A stretch of 64,000 nucleotides of DNA. Source: Thermoplasmatota archaeon (GTDB lineage Archaea; Thermoplasmatota; JAKEGO01). The notes below the pieces were generated by a model, which made no database searches, had not been told where the DNA came from, and saw only the letters and a list, made by a program, of their open reading frames with translations. Shown here in pieces: positions 20,403 through 27,831 of this stretch (position 1 is its first letter; every line of letters begins with the position of its first letter). The DNA lies in NCBI GenBank assembly GCA_028279595.1, contig JANQNK010000002.1:8710-72709 (forward strand), given 5' to 3'. Made by a program: the position numbers and the translations under genes.

Positions 20403-21350
20403 CTAGATTCTTAGTTTAGGGATGTAGGAGAGGTACATTCGACGAAGCTCGGCGGCGTCGATGTGATGGTATATGTCAATTGCCTCTGCACGGCGGTCGC
20501 CTCTAAGCTCCTTGACATGCTCTCTCGGCATTCCGGACCGGATAAGATGCGTCGTGAACCAATGTCGGAGGCAGTGAGGGCCGAAGTGATCCTCAAATTT
20601 GTCGGAGTCGGGATTGTGGAAACCGAGCTTAATTGCCGGATTAACGATGGCTTTCCATGCCGCGTTTCGGGAGAGTCGTGATCCTGTCTGGTAACTCACG
20701 AAGAGAGCATCGGTGGTAGTCCCGAGTTTATCACGGACTCTCATCCACCGTTGGAGTGCCCTCGAAGCCTCGTCGTCGAAGAAGACTCGCCGGTTGGACC
20801 GCTTCGGGGTGGGTTTGAGCATAGCGGATCCTTCGGTCCAATTGATATCGCTGACGTCGAGCTTGAGCATCTCACCTCGTCGTATACCGGTCTTCGCGAG
20901 GAGCAGTATCATCGCCTTGTCACGGGGATCCATTACGGCACTCACGAGAGCGGAGAGCTGTTCAACTGACAGTAACTGACGTGTCGATTGCTCATGGCCG
21001 TTCTTATAGCGCTTCAAATAGCGCTTTCGGAACGGAAGAACGAGGTTATTGTCGACATACTCCTCGAACATGAGGTAATCGTAGAACGACGAGAGGACCG
21101 AGAAGTAGTTCTCAAGTGTCTTGAACTTGACCTTACGCTCCTCCATAAGGTAAGATAGGAAATCTCGGAGAGTGTCCATACTAAGGTCCAACGGAGAAAT
21201 TTCGTGACGATTGAGGTATTGAATGAAAATGTTCAGACTCGTTTGATAGTGGCGGATCGATTCCATGGTCATATTCTGCAACTTGCAGTCTTCGATGTAT
21301 GCCTCTAGCAGGGCATCAGGATCCATTTTCTTGCCCTTCTTCTTTGCCAT
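20403..21350 (-). CDS. Tyrosine recombinase/integrase
   Basis: TGIRRGE, HCLRH, LRGD, IDIY catalytic-box motifs; N-terminal core-binding region; start coupled to upstream gene by TGATG overlap. Confidence 0.92.
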   Translation of the reverse strand: MAKKKGKKMDPDALLEAYIEDCKLQNMTMESIRHYQTSLNIFIQYLNRHEISPLDLSMDTLRDFLSYLMEERKVKFKTLENYFSVLSSFYDYLMFEEYVDNNLVLPFRKRYLKRYKNGHEQSTRQLLSVEQLSALVSAVMDPRDKAMILLLAKTGIRRGEMLKLDVSDINWTEGSAMLKPTPKRSNRRVFFDDEASRALQRWMRVRDKLGTTTDALFVSYQTGSRLSRNAAWKAIVNPAIKLGFHNPDSDKFEDHFGPHCLRHWFTTHLIRSGMPREHVKELRGDRRAEAIDIYHHIDAAELRRMYLSYIPKLRI

Positions 21351-21895
21351 CACGAACCCCTCCAACGCCATTTCTTGCCGAGACATTCAACGACACCTAT
21401 CTGTTCTAGCATCTCTAGCTGGATCGAGATCGCATTAATGAAATCCGATTGTGTTGACTTTATACCAAGCTTCCGCAGGATGTCGCCTTGAGTAAGAGGT
21501 TTGGTTGACGACCTGAGTATCTCTATTAGTTCCGGATCGAATGGCCTCGGTCCCTCGAAGTCATTGTCGAGGAATGGTGCAGAGCGATAACGTTTCAACT
21601 CGGTGTCGAGAGAATCACTGAGATTGCGTAGCATACGATTCTCTTGTTCAAGTTCCTTGACCATCTCGTCCCTGATCTGAATCTGTTCAAGTAGTTCGAG
21701 CCGAGAAGGTCCTTGGTCCTCATCAACCTCGGTATTGAGTGAGTCAATCACGCGTTGAATGATGAACTTCGAGATAGACATGTTCTCGTTAGTGGCACGA
21801 GCCTTCCACTCTTCTGCTAACTCGACTGATGGTAAATACACATACAAGGCACGTTGTTTTATTGTCTCAGTCTTCCCTTTATTTGGTTTCCCCAT
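21350..21895 (-). CDS. Integrase-associated DNA-binding protein (RHH-like N-terminus, coiled coil, wHTH-like C-terminus)
   Basis: 'RALYVYLPS.....W...A....MSISKFI' RHH pattern; central coiled coil; terminal 'LEMLEQIGVVE...KKWRW'. Confidence 0.7.
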   Translation of the reverse strand: MGKPNKGKTETIKQRALYVYLPSVELAEEWKARATNENMSISKFIIQRVIDSLNTEVDEDQGPSRLELLEQIQIRDEMVKELEQENRMLRNLSDSLDTELKRYRSAPFLDNDFEGPRPFDPELIEILRSSTKPLTQGDILRKLGIKSTQSDFINAISIQLEMLEQIGVVECLGKKWRWRGS

Positions 21896-21946
21896 AGGTA
21901 TCGTAATTACAATATTACTAATCCTATTAGTAATTTACTAGTAAAA

Positions 21947-22034
21947 TGGTGCGGGGGAAGGGATTTGAACCCTCGGACTCCTTCGAGAACAGATCTTGAG
22001 TCTGCCGCCTTTGGCCAGGCTGGGCTACCCCCGC
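21947..22034 (-). tRNA. tRNA-Leu(CAA) with encoded CCA
   Basis: GCGGGGG acceptor stem, anticodon loop CT-CAA-GA, long variable arm, GGTTCAAATCC T arm, ACCA end. Confidence 0.95.
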
Positions 22035-22080
22035 AGGGATTGACCTGATAGCATCGTGGGTCTATAATACAATTACGAAA

Positions 22081-22830
22081 TCAAGATTCTCGATGATGGG
22101 CCAGTATCGAAAGGACCTTGGGGACCGTCTGCCTCGTCCGGTCGATCCTCACACCCATTATCAGGTGCTTCGGGGAATACCTCTTGGAGACCTCGGCGCA
22201 GATCCTGTCCACGTGGCCGACGGTCAGGTCCATGCCACCGATGATGTGTACGAGCGCTGCGTCTATGTCACTCTGCGAAAGCAGGTCGATTCCGCCCTCG
22301 GATACGGGCTGGCCCGCTTCCTGCTGTTCCATCAGCGGGAACTCCGAGCAGGAGACGAGGGCCTCGCGGCCGTAACCGAGGACGGTCCGGAGGTCGGCAA
22401 GATCGAGATTTATCAAGGAAGGGAACATGAAGATCTCGAGGATCCGGGAGAGAAGGTCTCCGACGTCGTCCGAGTCCAGGACGATTATTCCCCTGTAATG
22501 GGAACTCACGGTCCCCTGGTCGAACGCGCCCTTCTGCGCTGCGAGCAATGTGAACGGCACTTCGGCGAGTTTCGCCACCTCACCGAGGCGGATGGCCTTG
22601 CCCTCCTGGTCCGACGAGAGCGCCATCACGATAAGCATATCGATGTCATCCATAACACAGACCAGTTCGTCGTCAGTAGCGCTGTCCAAACATACCCCAG
22701 TGATCCCTTTGTGGGCGTCCTCCGACTGGAGGTCGCAGTAGAGATTGAGCGATAAGGAGGTGAGACTGCACATCCTGTCCGGAGCTTCCGGACCGAGACC
22801 GAACAGCACAATCCTAGGCTTCCCAGACAT
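22081..22830 (-). CDS. Divergent FtsZ-like protein lacking the GTP-binding signature
   Basis: 'PSLINLDLADLRTVL', 'AALVHIIGGMDLT' and 'IMGVRID' match the FtsZ C-terminal half; no GGGTG(S/T)G; GGGGAG RBS before the Met at 22830. Confidence 0.75.
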   Translation of the reverse strand: MSGKPRIVLFGLGPEAPDRMCSLTSLSLNLYCDLQSEDAHKGITGVCLDSATDDELVCVMDDIDMLIVMALSSDQEGKAIRLGEVAKLAEVPFTLLAAQKGAFDQGTVSSHYRGIIVLDSDDVGDLLSRILEIFMFPSLINLDLADLRTVLGYGREALVSCSEFPLMEQQEAGQPVSEGGIDLLSQSDIDAALVHIIGGMDLTVGHVDRICAEVSKRYSPKHLIMGVRIDRTRQTVPKVLSILAHHRES

Positions 22831-22863
22831 GCGCATCTCCCCGTCGTGGCTGGTTTCCGTTTT

Positions 22864-22996
22864 AAAAAAAACGGAGCCGCTGTTCGGTGAATGGAGGCTC
22901 TTGCAGCGAAGAGGATGCAGAGGCTTGAGCGTTAGGACGTCGTATGGGGGCATAACGACGTTAAATCCGCTCTCGCGGATCCACCGAACAGCGGCT
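22864..22996 (-). ncRNA. Candidate structured RNA (four-way junction followed by U8 tract)
   Basis: Perfect 15-bp closing stem 22875-22889/22982-22996 enclosing three hairpins, one with a GAGA tetraloop on the minus strand. Confidence 0.5.
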
Positions 22997-23055
22997 TGGC
23001 GGGCACTAAGACCCACCAGAGGTGACGCTTCATCCCATCCCATCTGGCTCGTGAT

Positions 23056-23445
23056 TTACGGTTCTACCGAGATCCCTCCGCCCTTCATCTTTGCTACGAC
23101 GGCCTTCGTCTCTTCCATCATAGAGGGAAGCTGTCGTATGTGCGCTATGCGCTGGGCGACGTAGAGCTCGAGCGATTTGTCGATGATACCCTCCCACGAT
23201 CGTTGATCACCGATCGATATGAGGTGGTCCATCTCTCCCATCCGCTCCTTGGGCAGTCGGACGCGGATCGACACGACGTTCCGCCGCGGCGTCCGCATCT
23301 CCCTGAATTCCTCGAAGGCGCGTTCGAGCAGTTCTCTCCTGCTCCTGAACCCCTCCTTCCTCACAAGGAGGTCAAGCTCATCGAGGGTCTCCCGGTCGAT
23401 GCGTAGACTGACCATGACTTTGTCGGCCCGGCCTGTCTCACGCAT
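23056..23445 (-). CDS. Tandem ribbon-helix-helix (CopG-like) regulator
   Basis: Two RHH patterns: 'VSLRIDRETLDELDLLV....FRSRRELL' and 'IRVRLPKERMGEMDHLI'. Confidence 0.8.
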   Translation of the reverse strand: MRETGRADKVMVSLRIDRETLDELDLLVRKEGFRSRRELLERAFEEFREMRTPRRNVVSIRVRLPKERMGEMDHLISIGDQRSWEGIIDKSLELYVAQRIAHIRQLPSMMEETKAVVAKMKGGGISVEP

Positions 23446-23603
23446 ACCGGTTATATAAGATGTACAATATTTAAGCCTTTCTGCCTTTTAATTACAAATG
23501 TAGTAAAAGAAAGAACTCTGTAAAAGGGACCACCCCACCACCCCGGGCAATACAGGGTATGTAATATACGTATAAATATCTTACTGTTCAGGTGGATCTC
23601 GCC

Positions 23604-23617
23604 ATTTCCACTGGAAC
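23604..23617 (-). promoter_or_regulatory. ORB-like origin recognition box in an AT-rich intergenic region
   Basis: GTTCCAGTGGAAAT on the minus strand matches the archaeal ORB core; cdc6 lies ~2.5 kb away. Confidence 0.5.
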
Positions 23618-23755
23618 CCCCGAAACCGGTATTTTGTAATACATTGGGTTCTACCTGTAATACAGATGAATACAGGCAATTTTGAACGTAAAATGATGTA
23701 AAATTCCAGCTTATACGAAGGATACTCCTGTTTACGGTTTGTATTACAAATGCAT

Positions 23756-24877
23756 TCACTTTGCAATGCGTCCGCGGGTCAAAAGCGAGGCCACCATTTC
23801 CGCTGTAGAATCCCAGGTGTAGCGCTTGACGACGTAGTCCTTCCCCCTTTCGGCGATCGGAAGGGCGTCCATCCCGTAGACGAGCTCCTCGACCTTCCTC
23901 TCGATGGTCCTCGGATCGTTGTCGGGCATGAGGAACTCGGGAGTGACGTCCTTGAGCTCCGCCGTGCTCACGTTCTCGGTCACGAGAAGGGGTACTCCGC
24001 AGGCCAAGGTCTCTAGCACCTTCATCGGGAAGGCTAGCCTGTCCGTCGGTATCGGGACGGCGCAGAGGTCAGCGGCGTTGGTGTAGGCCGGAACGTCAGT
24101 GTACGGTACCGATCCCGTGAATATGACGTCCTTGTGCACCATCAACTCCTTCAGGATGCTCCCTCCACCGACGACGACCAGTTTGAGATCGTCATGCTTC
24201 ACCTTCAATGAATGGAACGCCTCGATGAGGTTCGAGATCCCCTGCCACGGTTCGACCGCACCGATGAACACGACGATCTTCCCGTCGGGAAGTCCGAGCA
24301 TCTCCCGGCAGACGTCCCGGTCGATCGGCTTGAAGCGATCGGTGTTGGTCCCGTTCGGTATGAAAACGATCCGTTCGGGCTCGTCGATCCCGTAGTAATC
24401 CGTCAGACCCTTCCGATGGACCTCGTAGAGGAGCACGATCTTCGTCGCCCGTTTCAGAAGCTTCCTGTCGATGTTGAATGTCAGCCTCTTCAGCAATCCG
24501 GAGCCCTTGTACTCGAGGGACGGGAACCCGTTGATCTCGACGTAGAGCGGGACCTTGCGTTTCTTCACCGCGAGAAGGGGTCCGAGGGCGAAGCTCCTGA
24601 AGCGGAGGTAGACGGCGTCCAGGTCCTCCATCTTGCGGATCCTGCGATATGTACGCCATTCGAACTTCAACCGCGAGAATGCGCCCTTGACGGGCATGTC
24701 GTCTATCACCAGACCCTTGGCCTTGACCTTCGGAAGGAGGTCCCTCATGAACGAGCCGGTCCCGATCAGCGCCACGAGCTCCCCGTCGAGGTACTTTGGC
24801 ACCCTCTCCATGAGCTCGGCGCCGTGGATGCTGTCCCCGATACCGCCCAGGAGGGCGGAGAAGGCCATCCTTCCCAT
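23756..24877 (-). CDS. Glycosyltransferase family 4 (GT-B)
   Basis: IPNG, 'FIGAVEPWQG', 'FPMKVLETLACGVP', 'YTWD' motifs. Confidence 0.9.
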   Translation of the reverse strand: MGRMAFSALLGGIGDSIHGAELMERVPKYLDGELVALIGTGSFMRDLLPKVKAKGLVIDDMPVKGAFSRLKFEWRTYRRIRKMEDLDAVYLRFRSFALGPLLAVKKRKVPLYVEINGFPSLEYKGSGLLKRLTFNIDRKLLKRATKIVLLYEVHRKGLTDYYGIDEPERIVFIPNGTNTDRFKPIDRDVCREMLGLPDGKIVVFIGAVEPWQGISNLIEAFHSLKVKHDDLKLVVVGGGSILKELMVHKDVIFTGSVPYTDVPAYTNAADLCAVPIPTDRLAFPMKVLETLACGVPLLVTENVSTAELKDVTPEFLMPDNDPRTIERKVEELVYGMDALPIAERGKDYVVKRYTWDSTAEMVASLLTRGRIAK

Positions 24878-24901
24878 GACGCGGCATCGCGTTCCGCATT
24901 A

Positions 24902-26104
24902 TTAATGCTTGACGCTGGTCCTGACGCCCTTACCGGACCGCGTAGCGACGGGATGATGCCCCGACCTTCTACGAACGCGTCCCTCCGCGGCGATGTGGTC
25001 CAGCTCACGGGAGAACATCCTGGCCGATCGATCCCAGCTGTAGCGGGAGGTGACGTAGCGTCTGCCCATAGCGCCTATGCCCCGTCCGTCGGACCCGTAG
25101 AGGACCCGCTCGAGCGCGCAGGCGATGGTCATTATCCCATTGTCGTCGAGGAGGAGTGCGGGGGCGACCTCCTCGAGCTCCCTCGTGCTCTCGTTCCGGG
25201 TGACGAGCGCGGGAACACCGCAGGCGAGTGATTCGAGTACCTTCATCGGGAACGCAAGCCTGTCCACTGGGATCGGAGCCACCGTCACGTCCGCCGCATT
25301 GATGTACCTCGGTATGTCCTCAGATGGGACGATCCCCCTGTACTGGACCCCCTCACTTAGCTTCAGGTCCTCGGCCATGGTCCCGCCTCCGACTATCACG
25401 AGGCTGAGGTCCGGATGCAGTTCCCTCATTATGCAGAACGCTGCGATCAGCTCGTCGATGCCCTGCCACTTTTCGATAGCACCGAAGAACAGCACGATCC
25501 TCCCATCCGGCAGGCCGAGCGCCCTGCGGCACTCCTCCCCGTCCATCGGCCTGAATCGTTCGAGGTCCGCTCCGTTCGGGATCACCCTCGGAAGGTCGGG
25601 GTCATCGATCCCGTAGCACCTCTCCAGTCCCTGACGGGCGACCCCACTGGGGAGCACCACCGAATCGGCGCCGTTTATCACCATCCTGTCGAACGGTTTG
25701 GAGATCCTCATCGCCGCATCGTTGATCCTGGTCCCGGAATATTCCAGCTCCGGGAACCCGTCCAGATGCAGGACCACCGGTACGTCCTTCAATTTCGCGT
25801 ACAACATCGGACCAAACCCCAATATCCTGAACCTGAGGAAGACCGCTTCGGGCCTCCTTATCCTCAGGAGCCTTACGAACGTCCTCAGCTCGAAGAGGAG
25901 ACGGGAGATCGCTCCATCGACGGACACGCTCTCGACATCGACACTGACGCCGCTCTCATCGGAAAGGGTATCCATGAAATCGCAGGAGCCCACCAGTCCC
26001 TCGAAATCTCCGTTCAGGGTGTTCGGGATCCTCCTCAGGAGCTCGGTCCCCTGAACGCTGTCGCCGATCCCTCCGTAAAGGGCGGAGATCGCTATCGTCC
26101 CCAT
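24902..26104 (-). CDS. Glycosyltransferase family 4 (GT-B), paralogue of the adjacent gene
   Basis: IPNG, 'FGAIEKWQG', 'FPMKVLESLACGVP', 'YSWD' motifs. Confidence 0.9.
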   Translation of the reverse strand: MGTIAISALYGGIGDSVQGTELLRRIPNTLNGDFEGLVGSCDFMDTLSDESGVSVDVESVSVDGAISRLLFELRTFVRLLRIRRPEAVFLRFRILGFGPMLYAKLKDVPVVLHLDGFPELEYSGTRINDAAMRISKPFDRMVINGADSVVLPSGVARQGLERCYGIDDPDLPRVIPNGADLERFRPMDGEECRRALGLPDGRIVLFFGAIEKWQGIDELIAAFCIMRELHPDLSLVIVGGGTMAEDLKLSEGVQYRGIVPSEDIPRYINAADVTVAPIPVDRLAFPMKVLESLACGVPALVTRNESTRELEEVAPALLLDDNGIMTIACALERVLYGSDGRGIGAMGRRYVTSRYSWDRSARMFSRELDHIAAEGRVRRRSGHHPVATRSGKGVRTSVKH

Positions 26105-26166
26105 ATAATATTCCACGGTCTCGCTCTTAATAATAGGTTTTGGGACATGTATCTATTAATCGACGA

Positions 26167-27333
26167 TCAGGACAGCGTACCCGTCAACCTGTCTATCAGA
26201 ACGTCCGAGGGCATGTCCTGGATGGACAGCCGGATGACCGTGGTCCTGCCCTTCGTCTCGCCCTGGCCCACCTTCGCCTCGATGAGGCCGAGGGAGTCGA
26301 GGTCCTTCAGGTACTTCCACAGCTGGGTATGTCCCCGCGGTTCCTCCCCGTACTCCTCCGCGACCGCCTGGTACTCCTTCTCGACGTCCCCGGTGGTGGT
26401 GTAGGCGGAGTCCTTGAGCATCCTCGCCGCAGCGATCAGCAGGAATCGCTGATGCCTGTCGAGCGCGCCCACTGTCTGCTCGTCGAAGACCGGATAGATC
26501 ATCGCCTTGGCGGCCCTGACCTGCTCCACCGAGACCTGCTCCGCTCCCTTCTCGTCGGTCAGGAGACCGGACTTCTCGAGGAGCTCGATGGCGTAGCGGG
26601 CGTCCCCCTTCTCGCCGGCGATGTCCGCGATGAGGTCCACCGAATCCGCCGTCACTGTACCGGGGAAGAAGGCCAGATCGACGCGCTGGTCCACGATCGT
26701 CGCGATGATGTCCCTCGGATAGCTCTCTAGACGGACCTGGTTCCCGCGCTTGAACGTGCTCAGCGCAGCGGGCTCCACCATGTTCTGGACCTGCTGTTGA
26801 GAAATCAGTATCAGAGATACCGACCCCTTGGAGTCCTTGTTCTCATCGTGGAAGCGGGTCAGGAGGTAGATGAGCTCGGAACCGGACTTCCGGAGCATGT
26901 AGTCCGCCTCGTCCAGTATCAGTATGAGGTCGACCCCCTTGTCGAGGTGCTTCTCCAGCGAATCGAGCATCTCCGACAGGGAGAAGCCCCTGTCAGGGAA
27001 GAAAGCGAAGTCGTTCAGGACGGCTAGCATCACCGCCGACGGTGAACGTCTGCGCCTGCAGTTGACGAGGACATGGCGGACGGCCCTGCCCCTGTTCTGG
27101 GCTGATTCCGTGAACTCCCTGCAGAACCAGCGTGCGAGGGCAGTCTTCCCCGAACCGATCGGCCCGGTGATGATGACGTTCTGCGGTCTGCCGTTGAGCA
27201 GCGGCACGAAAAGTGTGGTCAGACGCTGCTGGGCGTCCTTCCTCTCCACCAGCTCCTCCGGAACGTAGTCGAAGCTGAGCTTGTCGTAGTCCTGGAACAC
27301 GGATCTGCTCGGAAGGAAGTCCTCGATGGGCAT
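26167..27333 (-). CDS. cdc6: Orc1/Cdc6 replication initiator
   Basis: 'L.FDYVPEEL..R', Walker A GPIGSGKT, Walker B ILDEAD, GDAR sensor, C-terminal wH with 'GRT'. Confidence 0.93.
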   Translation of the reverse strand: MPIEDFLPSRSVFQDYDKLSFDYVPEELVERKDAQQRLTTLFVPLLNGRPQNVIITGPIGSGKTALARWFCREFTESAQNRGRAVRHVLVNCRRRRSPSAVMLAVLNDFAFFPDRGFSLSEMLDSLEKHLDKGVDLILILDEADYMLRKSGSELIYLLTRFHDENKDSKGSVSLILISQQQVQNMVEPAALSTFKRGNQVRLESYPRDIIATIVDQRVDLAFFPGTVTADSVDLIADIAGEKGDARYAIELLEKSGLLTDEKGAEQVSVEQVRAAKAMIYPVFDEQTVGALDRHQRFLLIAAARMLKDSAYTTTGDVEKEYQAVAEEYGEEPRGHTQLWKYLKDLDSLGLIEAKVGQGETKGRTTVIRLSIQDMPSDVLIDRLTGTLS

Positions 27334-27415
27334 CTGTCCAGGGATGCTTGCGATGGCTATTAAACATTGTGGAACGGAAGTGGAAAAGAAGGAGAGGGAT
27401 CCGTTCCGATCTCAC

Positions 27416-27660
27416 GAAAATGAATTATGGTAGAACGATATCTTTTCCGCTCGTGGCCCAATGGGAATCCCAGGCCACGCTGCAATCGCAGATCACTCAT
27501 GGGCGCGTGGCCTAGTCCGGATACACGGATGAGCTTTGCTCATCCTGCTCGGGAAAATGAATTATAGTAGAACGATATCATTCTCCCTCGTGGCATATTG
27601 GGAAACCTAGGCCACACTTCAATTGCAGATCGCTCATGGGCGCGTGGCCTAGTCCGGATA
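27416..27660 (+). repeat. Two imperfect ~108-bp direct repeats (period 137) covering the promoter/leader and first 23 nt of tRNA-Arg
   Basis: 27416-27523 vs 27553-27660; both end in GGGCGCGTGGCCTAGTCCGGATA. Confidence 0.9.
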
Positions 27661-27712
27661 TGGCGGCAGCCTCCTAAGCTGTAGATCGGGGGTTCGAATC
27701 CCCTCGCGCCCG
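27638..27712 (+). tRNA. tRNA-Arg(CCT), CCA not encoded
   Basis: GGGCGCG/CGCGCCC acceptor stem, GCAGC-CT-CCT-AA-GCTGT anticodon arm, GGTTCGAATCC T arm. Confidence 0.95.
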
Positions 27713-27762
27713 CTTCCCATTCATCCAGCCTACTGGATATCCCCATGCCAGCATCCCGTTTC

Positions 27763-27779
27763 ACAAAAGCATTTATATA
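27763..27779 (+). promoter_or_regulatory. BRE/TATA promoter of tuf-rpsJ
   Basis: Purine-rich run followed by TTTATATA (27772-27779), ~50 nt before the ATG; AGGAGG RBS. Confidence 0.6.
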
Positions 27780-27831
27780 GGACCACTCTATGGAGAGCCA
27801 CCAATAGCAGTTACATGTAGGAGGCACAACT

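Larger units (their letters stand above)
1..21946. mobile_element. Integrative element/genomic island at the tRNA-Leu 3' end; left boundary not seen
   Basis: Integrase next to the tRNA 3' end; sharp composition change (19/60 GC at 11701-11760 vs 37/60 at 31381-31440); defence-like and surface-protein cargo. Confidence 0.75.

Noticed and set aside
22875-22996. 5S rRNA (similar length, terminal stem)
   Set aside because: Internal helix arrangement and most conserved 5S sequence features do not match
22831-23043. N-terminal 71 aa of the 320-aa ftsZ-like ORF
   Set aside because: No FtsZ similarity; the region is better explained as structured RNA, and an RBS precedes the Met at 22830
27378-27398. 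ORB-like AAGTGGAAAAGAAGGAGAGGG upstream of cdc6
   Set aside because: Only half of the ORB core matches; too weak to call on its own
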